Shown: positions 1-12,863, numbered from the whole stretch's first letter. The stretch: 51,733 nucleotides of DNA, filler included, from Sphacelaria rigidula (GCA_964200075.2; 4 parts of 4 records of this genome joined end to end with filler, not necessarily neighbours in it); one strand, 5' to 3'. The notes: generated by a model not told the origin, from the letters alone. Translations and numbers: made by a program.

Positions 1-1095
1 ACCAGGCTCGCATTCAAATCACCAAGCGCGAAGCGCTGTGGTGTCATCGGTGAGTCGCATGAAGGGTGAGCTGCATGCTGCTATGATTGTTCGGCCCAAC
101 AGCCACGGCTTATACATTGCCTCATGGGTACGTGGGGGAGGGGGGGGGCGTACTCATATGTTGCTTGCCTTAGACGTTTAACCATTGACCATCATATTTG
201 AGTAGATTATTTGAGGCCGTACACAAGGGGCCATTCGGCTACCCCCATAAATATCCTCTATCGCGATTTCCATCCTCTCGAGGGTGAAGTGACCCTCCGG
301 AGGATAAAAATATCCTCTAAAGTGTGTTTCACACTCAGTTCCGGTCATGAGAGGGAGGGGGAATCCGAGTTGTTGACAACTTCTCTATATCAATGAAGGA
401 AGGAGGGATGGTTTTTGTGTAAGAAGGATCACCGAACTATTTAGTTAGATATCATTCAGATTGGAAGATGGCAGCTGCACACATGCACACGCCCTCTGAA
501 ACGTCAAACCCTCCGCTACAGCAGCAGTACCATCGCATAACAGCAGCCGTACTGTTCAACATGCACAATGTAATGATCAAACTTACAGAAAAAAAGACAG
601 GAAACAAAACACACATCCACAAGTAAACACAAAACACATATATACAATACACGGGTTTTTTTCTTCAGGTCGACCATCTCTCTCTGTGCTTTGCTTCTGT
701 TGCTACTGTTGCTTTTTTTTTTCTTCGTCTTAGTCTACTATGTCGTTCTGTTCGATTTTTTCCTGCTCTTTCGTTTTTTTGAACGAGTGTTTCAGTTTTG
801 CTTTTTTTGGGTACGTACGTCAATCATGCGACCACGGCTGGACCCATGGGTGGTCAGTTAAAGTGCGACAATCAAATCGAATCAAATCGAATCAAATCAA
901 ATACGTGAATGTTGGGATTTTGACAAAACAGAGTAAAAAAATCGGACAGCGGACCCCAGAAACACCACCTCATCTTCAACTCCTTGCTTTCAAGGGTAGG
1001 CTATCTGTCGAATCGGCGCCATTTCCGGTATTTTTCGAGTGCAAATTATGTCGATTCAACAGATGGCCTACCTACCCTAGCGGTCGAAAAGTCAA

Positions 1096-1337
1096 CCCTT
1101 TTGGAACCGTCGATGGAAAAGGGGCGATTTACAAAGTCCCATATGCGAGCTTTCGTCACCGGGAAAACGTCACTTGGAGTTCGGTGCACAAATCTGTCAC
1201 ATCGCATCACTTGAACTGAGAGTGGTGCACCGTTTTGGTGGGCTGCATCATCAACACTTACAGAAAAAACAACCATACTTTGCCCAAGAAACCGTCAATT
1301 GTAAATCGTCACTCTTCCATCAACAGCTCCAAAAGGG
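1096..1337. mobile_element. Second piggyBac-like MITE family (~240 bp); a partial copy at 25776-25821 is cut by the gap
   Basis: TCAA|CCCTTTTGGAACCGTCGATGGAA ... TTCCATCAACAGCTCCAAAAGGG|TTAA. The same left end follows TTAA at 25772. Confidence 0.75.
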
Positions 1338-1507
1338 TTAACACCCGATGCAAACCATATGGCGGCCATACCTACAACACCAACACCCGCTCTTGTGAAT
1401 AGCGCCACTACAACGTTGTCAAACATGGTACACGAATTGCCTCTCTTGTGCATTGCATTGCATTGCATGGCATGGCATTGTGCAGCATCTTGAATCCATG
1501 TGTTCAC

Positions 1508-1586
1508 CTCGACGTGACTCAGGTCCACCAGCACCCCAGTGTACCAACGGAAGTTGGTGAGGTACGTGTATTTATCGCGAGAACAC
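1508..1586 (-). CDS. AP3D1: AP-3 complex subunit delta, internal exon (most 3' exon seen)
   Basis: ctccag| acceptor, |gtgaac donor, 79 nt: (V)CSRDKYTYLTNFRWYTGVLVDLSHVE, matching the delta-adaptin CS...Y....NFEWY motif. Confidence 0.9.
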
Positions 1587-2310
1587 CTGGAGCGCCCGAC
1601 ACACACCAACCACGACAGGCGACGTGGACCCACGAGAAAGGGAGAAATCAAAACATCAATATTCATCCAGGCATCATCATCATCATAGAAACAACAGTTC
1701 TAATTTTTACAGTAGGCGAAGAGGAGCAGAAAGCAATGCTGATACAAATCCAACAAACATGACACCATTGAGCAATGAATTTATCAATTTAACGAAGTTG
1801 TCTTTTCTACTTCTTCCAACGAAGAGAAACACTCAACAAAAACACTATAAGGAGCAGGAACGTTGCTCCGTCTCGAAAGCGATGCGTGTTCAATGGTCAA
1901 ACGACTACGGAGAGCAACGAATGAATACCCCCCCCCCCCTCCCCCACCGAAACAAACAAACGACGGCGACCACTGAAAACATATGTGTCCTACGTCATCC
2001 GATGTGGAAAAAAGTGACAAAACAAATCCAACAGCAACAGCATGACAGCGAAATATTGAAGCTCGAGGCGCACGCGAACATCACCGCTGCTATTTTGCTG
2101 CGTAGTGACAGACGCCAAAAGTGTTCTTTCTCGCGCAACTGACGCATCAAACGATTCGCGATGTAGCGCGGCACATGCCGTCCCAAACGGCCATTCTAGC
2201 GAACACGTTCCGATCTTCACTACACGAAAAATCGTAAATACACACATATGAAAATCTACATGAACAGCAAAATAAAAAACAAGAAACGGAGAAAAAAATG
2301 CGCCACCTAC

Positions 2311-2419
2311 ACAAATATGATTTTGGCGATCAGCTCATCGCGGTACGCTCCCTCAGCCCTTGTGATGTGCTGTAGAAGGTTGAGCACCAGGTCCTCCAAG
2401 TTTCGCTTCGTCACCATGC
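2311..2419 (-). CDS. AP3D1: AP-3 complex subunit delta, internal exon
   Basis: tttgcag| acceptor, |gtaggt donor, 109 nt, phases compatible on both sides: (G)MVTKRNLEDLVLNLLQHITRAEGAYRDELIAKIIF(V). Confidence 0.92.
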
Positions 2420-3121
2420 CTGCAAAATATCCAACGAGCGTCCCCCGTGTTGATCGTTGTATAGCTGGCTAGTTTTATACGGTACATCGATTTTCGACAT
2501 GATGCAAAAAATTACTTTCTCTGTCTCACAAGTTAGAGTACCTGTGGGCAACATGTTGTCTGGGTACAAGCGTGTTCTTCAAGACTGCCCTCGAGAATTC
2601 TCGAAAAATCCTCGAAAGCGTCCAAATTTAGTACCCTACCTGCCCACTACACCATTCTACCGATGGACTCGCCCCCCAGCACACCCCCACCTCGCATACG
2701 GGGCGCCGAGATATCGGTTGGTGGCCGCTACGCAACGGCGGTAGAGATTACGATTGCCATGCAGTCCCGTGGGAGAGGCGTGAAATACACCCATTTGGGG
2801 GCCCACTGATGTTCTTCGGCCGTTCAGCCGCATGGTTCGAGCACCGACTGAGAAACAAAAGAACATGTTTTTTACTCGAAAAACACCGAAAGTTTCACCG
2901 TTAGGACAAAAATTTCGAATGGGTTGGGTTTAGACGGGCTCAAGACTCACTCAAGAACAAAAAACAAGACGAAACAACAGCGAGAGAAAAACCTTCCGAG
3001 CACGAAGGACCACCTTGGACCTTAGGGGAGGTGGGGCGGAGGGGGGAGCTGGCCTTCTAGTGCACATTCAGAGACAACAAAAGACACGTGAAGAAAAAAC
3101 GCCGCACAGAAACGGACGCAC

Positions 3122-3251
3122 CGGAAAGAAGTTCCAGAGCCCGGGTCCTAATGGTAACGTCATCATCCGACAGGCAAGCCAGCACCAGGGATCGATGCTC
3201 CGCCACCGCCCGCGGGTGCGAGCGCATGAGGTTGACGAAGCCGACCAAGCC
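3122..3251 (-). CDS. AP3D1: AP-3 complex subunit delta, internal exon
   Basis: ttttccag| acceptor, |gtgcgt donor, 130 nt: GLVGFVNLMRSHPRAVAEHRSLVLACLSDDDVTIRTRALELLS(G). Confidence 0.93.
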
Positions 3252-3544
3252 CTGGAAAATGAATGACACGAGAAGCAAACATCGAGGCCTTGCTTCATTT
3301 TACAGTTTCACGAGCAGAGCCGAACGTAGATATACATATATACTCCGGAGTGTGTACATGATTTAGTATATGCACGTGTACAACAGCTAACGGCCACACG
3401 ATACTACACGCCGGAGTGCGCGCAGATACTTGGCACAATTTTTCGCATGCTTCAACGACAATTCAGTCGTGATTCACAACTCTCACGACAAAGTTTGAAT
3501 AATTGCGGCGACCAAGTGTCGACACACGACAAAATTTCACCGAA

Positions 3545-3797
3545 TGAAACGTTACATTAGAACGCTGCACGTGTCAATGAAACGTTATATTAGACGTTGA
3601 CATTGAAGCGTGTCATATGACGTAAAACGTGACGAAACGGAACTATTTATTTTTTCACGTGATGAAATTAACGTAACGTTATGTGACCGTTCACGTAGCG
3701 TCAAATTCTTTTCACGTGCCACAAGAAAAGTGACGTGATCGTTAAATTTTATAGACGTGATGAACGTAACGTGTAACGTTTAACGTTTATAGCCCTG
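3545..3797. mobile_element. Partial ACGT-rich hAT-like element (similar to 12247-12428)
   Basis: Rich in AACGT/GACGT/CACGT and ends AGCCCTG. Confidence 0.5.
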
Positions 3798-5322
3798 CAA
3801 AATTCGAACAGTGACGACGACTGAGAGCCCATTTTTAAGGCTCAATTCTGGACATGACGAATAAGAGTCGACTCTTGCGATTAAAAACTGCAAAAAAAAA
3901 ACGACGATAAATTCGACGACGGCAAGCTTTCAACTCCTAGTCGCAGTCGTTGGGCGCGTCAAACATTTGGTATCTGTGTAGCTGTCGAAATATTTCACGG
4001 GTGCCTGACCCTGTAGCTCTTCCCCCCCCTTCTCCCCCCTGTACCTCCACACCTCCCGTCGCCGTTACAAAAAAAAAACAGAAAACGAGATCGTTCACCA
4101 CAACAAAAGTTGCTCTGAAGTCCTGGAATAGCTCACAAAATGCGTATATACAGCATACGAAGGGCGCTGCGCCGGAGGGAGGCAAGAAGGAAGTCCTCCA
4201 AAAAAAAAAAAATGCCTCGGGGAACAACTTTTAGGCATTTTAGAGGCGTTCCAGCCCTTGAAACAAAACTACTTGTAATTGGTATAGGATATGACTTCGG
4301 ACGCTGAAGAGGTTTCAGAAAGGTCTCAGATATTTCTCGCAGGCAAAAAAAACGTTTGAAATAGATGGGCACGTTCAAGGCACGTTCAAGGCAAATTCAG
4401 GCACTCCAGGCATACATGGCCATCTACATGCCTTTTCTCAAAATTGAAGTCGACACCGAGTTTATTCAGGTCCGCTGCATTCTGTACAGGCCTATCTATA
4501 GAAGAATCCAGCGAAATAATACCAGATATATATATATATGTACATACTTGGATTTGCAGTATTCACAGCCCAAAACCGCTACGTGTATACATATATGTAT
4601 ACTTCCTCTGTCTCATAAGTCTGTGCAGTTATGGGCGTTTGATCGTTTGGGTTCTTCAACGCTGACGATCATCCTACAGTTGGGTTCGTTAGAGAGATAA
4701 CGCGCAGATGAAGCTGACTAAAAAATAAAAGAGAAGAAAAAAACTTGTTTTCAATGCTAATTTCAGGTCAAAATATACCGCATTTTGGCCCATTTTGGTC
4801 CACTTATACCCCAATGTTGACCGATTTTGGACATTTTTCCGTCGAGCAATAGCGATCACATGCTGAAAATTTGTTTGATAGGGTGTGCGTACGTTAACGT
4901 CACCGAGATATCCAAATCAGTGGTGGTTTTGCAGTTTTGACACTTTTTTCACGATTTTTCGCGATTTCCGGGCCTGCTATGCTTTACCGCGGAAAATAGC
5001 GAAAAATGATCATATTTTGACCGACCCACTTTTTCTCGGTCGCGAGGCTGCACGGGTCAAGCACCCATGTTGCGGAAAGAGTATTGCATTAAGCTCAAAA
5101 AACGCCAACGAATGCAATAAAAGAATCGAAAATCAAATCTGACACCGTTAAGGGCTCGTATAAACACAACTGCACAGACTTATGAGACAGAGGAAGTATG
5201 CAGTGAAAGCAAAACAAAAAACAGGATGGGCGCAAGAGAGGGGGGAGAAAGAAAGCACATGAAGCCCCCTCCTGTGTTTATCTGGAAAACGCACACATAA
5301 AAACAATAAACCGATGACTCAC

Positions 5323-5580
5323 GAGATACTTCAGGTTTTGATCGGGATCCTCCGTGAACTTCCGCAGGTGCTCCGAGCAAAGCTTCACCGCCGCCGGCAC
5401 GGCCTTGCTCTCCGTACCGTCCGCTTTCCTTGTGTACGGCAGCGCTAGGGTCATCGTGTGGATGCACTCGTACAGCAGAGACTTCGCTGCCGTCTTCTGG
5501 ATAATTGTCGCCAGCGGCTCGAGGAGTTTACGCGCGAGGCGGGGCTCCTCCGGCACCAGCGACCCCAGCAACTTCACTAC
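5323..5580 (-). CDS. AP3D1: AP-3 complex subunit delta, internal exon
   Basis: cag| acceptor, |gtgagt donor, phase 0/0, 258 nt: VVKLLGSLVPEEPRLARKLLEPL...AKSLLYECI...EDPDQNLKYL, continuing the previous exon. Confidence 0.95.
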
Positions 5581-8540
5581 CTGCCTCGGGGTTTGTCATT
5601 TTCCAGCATTGATATAGTGGTCTTGTCATAATACACAGGAAGTACAAGTGATTTCTTGTTCTCTCTTCTCTTTCCTCCTTTCAATTTGCTCTGTTTCCTT
5701 TTTCTCTCCTACGTCGATCAACATTTTTTTCTCAATATTTTCCCTTTTTGTGCAGATTTCTTGAGTCAGTGTTTCCGTTCATTTGCCCAGCTTGGGGTAG
5801 TATAGTACGTCCATCTGTGTGGAAAGGGCTAGAGTGCGATAACATTTCAACCAAGCACCCCAATGAGTCAATACATTTCGAGAGAGTTCGGCCGAGTTTG
5901 TTCGACGAGAGTTGACGCAGTGCGGGAGTGCTGAGTCATGATCCAATCCGCGAGACCCAAATGCAAAGAATGTACCGGGCGAGAGACGGGTTGATCCCTT
6001 AAGACCACGGACATGTCCCGAGGAAGGGACAAGGATTGACAAAAAAAAGTATGTCACAAAAAATGAACGCCTGTCCTGTCTCCGATGCTGTCTTGCTAGC
6101 TAGCTAACCTATTGTAGCAACATGTGTAAAACTAACACATGGAACAACACCGCAAAAAGGTTACGATTGGCATTGTCGGTGCATTTCATTTTGGTATTTC
6201 ACGTCAACTTCCGAGTTCACACACAGGGTCATCATCCATCGGCCGGTGATTCGCGTTTTGTTTGTGTTTTTTTCCTTCCCACTGTACAGTATCATGTCCT
6301 GCCAGTGGTCTGTAGTGAAAAGGTATTGCATGCAATAGAGTACAATTTGTTGCTGTTGTGTTGTTGTCTTCACATCAAAACCGTTCTGATATCGGCGCAG
6401 TACTCTGTAATGGGCATCTGATGGGGACACCTTCCGTGGTCACAGGCTACCGAACTACCTCAAAACGGGGTAAAAGAAAACAGAAAAGTAGAGTATAATA
6501 AGCCGGATATTATGAACAGGGCCGCCTTAATATGTACATATGTTCGAACCACCATGTTGTGATACGGTACAGCCTGGTTCAGGCTTATCGCCCAAAAATC
6601 ACTCATCAGCAAAACCTCACGCCGTTTTCAGGAGTTAGATCCTGAAATGTTGTACAGATATTTTGTGGGGCAATACGAAACTTTCGAAGGTCGAGTTTTT
6701 TTTTCTTTGTTTACTTTTTGACTTCTTCACCGTTTTTCGTGGGTCCCAGTTTTTTCGGGGAAACATCGATCCAATCGGACCCCCGTAAAAGAAAAAAAAC
6801 TTACAAAACCTCGTTCATCCAAAGTTGCGTAATAATCCATAGAACAGTTGTGCAAGATTTCAGGGTCTAACTCCTTAGAACGGCATGACGTATTATGCTT
6901 TTGTGCGATGAACTCTGACGTGCCGCGGTGAAACCGAAAACTACTTGATTTTTTGTACGAAAACGGCGTTTTTGGGCCTTCTTCGACGTGAACATGAAAA
7001 TGCAAGGATCAGTTGATCGAGTTTTGCGACAAAATTTTGTGGGGCCCTTCCTTAAGTTTTGCGGCAACAGATCATTCACGAGAAAGTTGAAAAAAAAACG
7101 TAGTGCCGGTTTTCCGGGGTCCCAGGACGGAGACTACTTCGATAACCGACTTGAACCTCGTCGGACCCCCGAATAACGGTGAAAAGATCATCAAGTAAAG
7201 AAAACCCTGTCCATGGGAAGTTGCGTCATGACGCATAGCATATTTGCGAAAAATTTCAGGGTCTAACTCCTCATTACGGCGTGAAGGTTTGCGCGTTTGT
7301 GGAGGACGTGGGCTTGAAATGTGCAACTCCTAACTACTTGGTTTTAGTATAGAAACGTATTTTGGGTGAATTTCTCGTCAAGGCAAGAAAAATCTGTATG
7401 ATGTTTTCGAGTTTCTCCCCCAAACTTTGTAGATGTGTTCCTCGGACGATCCCGGGACGCACCATTTTATTATTTTTCTTGAAGGGCATTCTGTACCGCC
7501 TTCCGGGGGTCTTCATACTGGGACCCCCGGATGCCGGTAGAGAACGGAGAAACCATGAAATATCGTCAAAACTACATTTTTGTCATTTGGAGCATCAATA
7601 CCTACGGAACTGCCAAGTTTGAGGGCGATCTGAGCTTTTCTACAACAGATGTAGGGGATACCGTCACGAGGCTCCCTGGGTCTTTCATGCTCAACATTAG
7701 TGGAAATTAGAGGACGCCAACACCGGACATCACCGAAACATCACGGTTTCAGGTATAATTCGACCCCAGTAGTAACAGTTTTCAAATATATAGTTTTCAT
7801 TAGATTCCCGAGCCGATGACCGTTACTACGATGTGAAGCATGTGGAGATTGGGTGAAATTTGGGCTTGGAATTCGTAATTTTGATCTAGGAACAATTTGA
7901 CGGGCGCTGTTTGGTCGATATACATTTTCGCCTTTAGCGCTACCTCTATGGCCTTACACACAACTGCGGCTATGTCACGCTCTTCAGCTGTCCATGGCGG
8001 TCAGTATGATATCATGTATACGACTATTGGGTAGGCATTGCGGAAGGCATTTGCCGGTGACACAATTTTGGGTGATGAGCGTGAAACAGCCTGTACGTGA
8101 ACGCTGTACGGAAGTGTCTGCAGTTGCGGTTCATTGCGGTGCACCAGAGTAGATTGGAGCGGAAAGAAAAAGTAGGGTGGTGCATCGCTTGATTCACAAG
8201 CACAGCCCAGTGATGCCGCGATAGCCCCTCCCTAGAAAAACGGCCGGTTTGAGGAAGCAAAATCGAAACGTGAACCAAAATGACACAAGCCCAGCACACG
8301 GGGAACCTGAGAACTCTCAAGTCTGGGATAAGTATCGTCAGTGTCGCTTATATGAGAGGCTTCACGAGCTGGGCCAGCTTAAAAGCGGCTCAAACATGCT
8401 CACACCACAGCTTCCCCAGTTTCCCGAATGAACCCGATGTAAGCATATCGCTATGAAGTGTATACCAACCTGGTAACACATGGCACCGCCGCTGAATAAA
8501 AAAAAAATGTCCTGCATGACGTATGATCTTAAGGATGGAC

Positions 8541-8620
8541 GGAAAAAAAGAGAATCTGTCGGGATTCGAACTCATGACCTCCATAATTGGGGTCTGCCCA
8601 TCACTTGATTTATACGGGTG
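8541..8620 (-). mobile_element. Degenerate tRNA-like / SINE head
   Basis: B-box GAGTTCGAATCCC preceded by GGAGGTCAT, a decayed A-box-like TATAAATCAAGTG upstream and a downstream T7 run. No intact cloverleaf. Confidence 0.35.
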
Positions 8621-10035
8621 GAGCAGCGTCATGGAAAATGTTGAACGCACGGCCTAGTTCGACGACTCTTGACCTGAGATTTCAGGTAGACCTTCTGCAC
8701 CCAAGGAACTGATACTTCACGTGAGCAGCTGCAGATTTTCCTTTTTTCCCCTAGACTTATGACACCATCTTGTTTTTGCTGAAATTCCAAACGCCGATAA
8801 CTTCTTTTTTTTCTTCTGCTTTTCTTTGCTGCCCACGTGGTCTTCTGCATTTCAATAATAAAAAGCTGCTGTCAAAATTTCAGCGTCCAACTCCTGATAT
8901 CGCGCCGTGCGTCGCCTGAGCGAGATTCACACATACTCTTGAGTGGCCCAGCTCTCATGAAGCCTGAAACCAGCTGTCATGCGCTGCATGATAATTTTCC
9001 TCGTGACAGTCTTCAGACTGGTTTGGGGGTGGGGGGGCGGGGGGCTACCGCGGCATCATTTAGCCAATACGTGACAATGCATAGGTGTAATCAACTGCCA
9101 CACGCCAAGATTGAGATATTTCTCGCCCTTCTTTTGCTCCCTACGGAGGCGGGGCCCGTGCCCTCCGCCGTCATAACTCGACGCCACGTGACCGGCATGA
9201 CAACAACAGCCATTCTCACGGGGGTAGCCCAGGGCACAGCCATCAATCCTCACGTGGTTCTAGACGACCATCCAGCAATAGCCACACAAGTGGTCGCGTT
9301 CCGCCCATTACTCACTCGCAACGCCGACAACACTTACGTAATGACAACATCGTTATGGGTGCGCCTAACCCTACAAAATGGGCAAGGCAAATGTCACCGA
9401 CCAAAAGCACGAACAGACTGACTTCTTGGGCTTATCCAGGCTCGTGGGGGGTAAAATGTGTCTGATCTCATCGGAGGAGAACGGGATGGATCTAAAATTT
9501 ATATCGAGAAAAAGTGGACTGCATTCTAAAATCAGAACCCTACCGTTGTTTCCGTTGTTGTTCCTCATATATTACATGCCACTGCGTCAGTTCTCGATCG
9601 CGCTTGCGATACGCTGGAATGAAAGGAGACTAGTTAGGTTGACCCAACCCAAAGCACACCGAGAACCCGCGGGCAAGGGCGGTACACACATTCCCTGAAC
9701 AAAATGAGGCCTTGGTAGACCCCAAATCGGCGCCTGTGGCGCCGATTTCAACAAAACGCGTCCTGCGCACCCGAGGAGCACACGGGACTGTCAGCCCTAC
9801 TAAAATTCCGATTCTCGTTGTGTGTTGTGTGTGTTGTCGTTCCATTTTTTCTGGGCACCAGTCTACACCTTTCGGTATGTGTGGGCGCATCAGCTGGGGT
9901 CACACAGAAGGAAGGTCAACACAGGAGCTTTTTATTTTTATTTGTTTTTAATACCCCACCTTCCTTTTGCGGTGCTTGCCTTTATTTGTTATCGCGAGAG
10001 GGGTTCAGCAGTCCCTTTCTCTCGTCGACCGTTAA

Positions 10036-10133
10036 ACCTTAAAGTGCGATGACAGTCTATCTGGATCCTGCAAACCTTCTCCAAGTGAAATTGATGCCGA
10101 TTTAACGGATGACCTGCTGTCGCCGTCGAAGGG
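10036..10133. mobile_element. piggyBac-like ~100-bp MITE, older copy
   Basis: Flanked by TTAA on both sides, with internal AAGTGAAATTGATGCCGATT as in the other copies and decayed TIRs. Confidence 0.65.
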
Positions 10134-10356
10134 TTAAGTCGAATTGTACGCACTCAAATCAAGTAGTATCAACCATGAGCATTTGTAGCCCAACGCCGGT
10201 AACTGAAACCAGGACGCTGAACCATTTTGGGGGAGGGATGCGGATCGAAATTGGCCCACATCATGTGCTCAACACGCGACAGAGTTATATGTACTGATGA
10301 ATTTCAACGAGGACGGCCCTCACACCGACGAGTGGAGTAAAAATAGTCACCGGGTG

Positions 10357-11104
10357 TGTGATGTGGGCTGGGCAGGTGTTAGTCGACCACCTCATCATGC
10401 TCTGAGGAGCTTGATTTATCGGATGTCATCGTTCCACATTTTTTGGCGGATGAATGGCTCGCCTAGTTCAAGTGTGATTGTTGTTTCGTGGGCATGGCTT
10501 TTCATTTCATGAATATGATATCAACCCTTGGACCGCGAGGGTTGGTCACCTGCTGAATCGGCATCAACTTTCACTTGCAAAAAGTATGCATGGTCCAGAT
10601 GGACTGCCCTCGCGGTCTAGGGGTTAATCGGACTCCAAGATATTGTGTTCCAAGAGGGAATGAAAACAAACCGTCGTCCGTCACCCACCAGTGCCGATAC
10701 AACAGACGCGTGTCTTAGAACGGGTGGGTCCACTGAAAGACATGACTGGGGCTTCGGTGCCACGAGGCTTGAGCGAAAGTGGGCCCACGACTTAATGCCG
10801 TCGTTTGTGTCGTCTTGACGTAGTATAGTTCTTACCACTCGGGAGGGTACGTTGGCCCGTCTTGATGTTTGTGTGGAAATCGAAATCCGGATCTTTCATG
10901 GGGGCTGTGCTCCTGGCATGCTCCGACCGTGCCCAGAACGTGTTCTTGTCGTTTGCGCATGCGCCACATTATTCTCCTGGTATACTCGTGTCTGACCAAG
11001 ACAGACGTGCAGTCTTCTAATACCCTGAAATGCAATGCAATCTAGCTGGACCCGTCGACGGGTCTGAGGCGGCTTGACAGCAGGCTAATATGCTCCTCAT
11101 GACA
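10357..11104 (-). mobile_element. Solo LTR related to the 20703 LTR, inside an AP3D1 intron and interrupted by a MITE
   Basis: Minus strand starts TGTCATGAGGAGCATATTAGCCTG (about 125 bp similar to 20703 onward) and ends ACACCTGCCCAGCCCACATCACA, versus ACACCTGGCCTAACCCCATTACA in the other LTR. Confidence 0.75.
10525..10623. mobile_element. piggyBac-like ~100-bp MITE (inside the solo LTR)
   Basis: TCAA|CCCTTGGACCGCGAGGG ... CCCTCGCGGTCTAGGGG|TTAA, with the shared internal TGCCGATTCAGCAGGTGACC on the reverse strand. Confidence 0.8.
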
Positions 11105-11596
11105 CAATCTAGGTGTAGTGGGAAGTACGGTATAGCGTATGTTCTAAAATACAGCGAAGGTACGCCACACACGGGGTGTTTTGAGTTGCGCTGATTTCTT
11201 TTCTCGTACACATGGAGTGTACGGTTGGTAGTACTTGTGAACCTGTCGAAGTGCGATCTCTTTCTTGATGTTTTGCCTTTCTTGAAAAGGAAACAACACA
11301 CACACACATGTTGCATCGATCGGCGCAGGAAGCAAAATGCGCAGCACGACCCCCAAAATAATCGTACATGTCCACGGTATGACTCGAGTTTTGGATTTCG
11401 TGCAAAAAGCTGGGGAAAAAAAGAAGAAGCAGCATATCACGTGTGAGCCACATGGCAGAGCACACGTAACAAACAAGACACACACGCGAACATATATTCC
11501 CGTTCACAGCCTCTCTTGTTTCACCAAAACAAAACATTCCAAAACACGGACAAGCAAATGGCATCGCACAACTCTGTCAATTTCTTGAAACCTCAC

Positions 11597-11807
11597 CTTG
11601 ATCAGCATCCAGTTATTGGAAGAGGTTGTGAGCAGCCTGAAAAATTGCGGGGCCATGGCCAGGTAGTTCTTGGGGTTCTTATCCGCCAGTTCGCAAATCA
11701 CGTTCACCGCACAGCTCACCACGCTGCTGTCCGAATCCTCCAATCGCTCCTTGATGCGGTCGAAAGTCAGACGCAGCCCTTGCGGATACTTGATGAAAAG
11801 CTTGTAC
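11597..11807 (-). CDS. AP3D1: AP-3 complex subunit delta, internal exon (most 5' exon seen)
   Basis: aag| acceptor and |gtgagg donor. 211 nt encode YKLFIKYPQGLRLTFDRIKERLEDSDSSVVSCAVNVICELADKNPKNYLAMAPQFFRLLTTSSNNWMLIK, matching the delta-adaptin N-terminal HEAT trunk (AVNVICEL..KNP.NYL..AP..F.LLT.S.NNW.LIK). Confidence 0.95.
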
Positions 11808-12211
11808 CTTTTTTGTTTTCCGTTGTGTTTTTTTCAGGGGTAGGGGGTGGGAGGTAGCGGGGTATCCATATTCAACAATATAGTATAAAAAATCGTGACC
11901 ATATACAAATAATAATATTGTGAAGTCATGAATCTCCCTCTCCCACACAGGATGTGCGATTAGGATCATGACCCTTGTTCGCTTCCCCATCCTTGATAGA
12001 AATCCGAAGGTCTGTGCCTTTAGATTTCATGGATGAAAACTTCTGAGGTATAAAACACACAAAAATCGTCTCAATCCAAGAGTTGTAGGGGGTACATACA
12101 TCTACACAGAGAGAAGGAGTGAGGTTCATGAAGGGGGAATCTCGCCTGTTCGATGCTCACAGCTTTCAGCATCAACTGACAATGGACACAGGCGCTCAAC
12201 GGCCTTCGGCC

Positions 12212-12631
12212 GAGTCAGGATACGATAGGGGGGAGGGGGGTGTTTTCAGGGCTCTCCCAGTTACACGTTACGCCACAAATGTGACGTACCAAAATTCATA
12301 CGTCACGTCACATGTTTTTACCGGTACGTCAAATCACGTCACATTTGTGACGTCTTCAAAAAACATACGTTACGTAACGTCACACCCTTGTGACGTGACG
12401 TTTGTGACGAATACCATAAAGAGCCCTGGATATTTCGGGCCACTTCTTCCACGAAACTTCACCATAAATCTTCGTTGAAAGCAGCAACGGTTGTTCTAAC
12501 GCTCTTATAAGTGATACTACTTGACACCGATTGTACCCACGTACAAGCGCACCGCGGTACGGTCGCCTGACATACCTGTGAGCCCCTTTTTTCGTGGGAG
12601 CAAATACCACCCCCCTATCGTAGCATGACTC
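12212..12631. mobile_element. MITE, same Sola-like family, carrying a nested hAT-like MITE at 12247-12428
   Basis: Degenerate GAGTCAGGATACGATAGGGG / CCCCTATCGTAGCATGACTC termini. The insert has CAGGGCTC...GAGCCCTG TIRs and an ACGT-rich interior. Confidence 0.75.
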
Positions 12632-12863
12632 CAACGAAGCAACACCTCACTGGTGGATTGTTTGATTTTGACTCAATTGACGCACATTTACCGACCCCCA
12701 AGCGCTTCAGCTGTGGGCACATCAATGGGCAAAAAGCAAAGCATCTATCCGCCTTAGCACAATATGATGAACGAAAACACATTGCCACTAAAACAAAGAC
12801 CCCCCCCCCCCCCCCCCCCCCCCCACCCCACAACCACCCGCACCCCCCACCCGCCCCGCCGCC

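Noticed and set aside
1..55. Possible plus-strand exon ending at CG|gtgagt
   Set aside because: Too short, at the window edge, no recognisable protein, and antisense within AP3D1.
869..1480. Short (AATCA/G)n and (TGCAT)n microsatellites at 869-901 and 1448-1480
   Set aside because: Ordinary intronic simple repeats.
8837..9421. 194-aa ORF in the AP3D1 intron
   Set aside because: No recognisable domain or ATG-based gene structure; probably chance or decayed TE.
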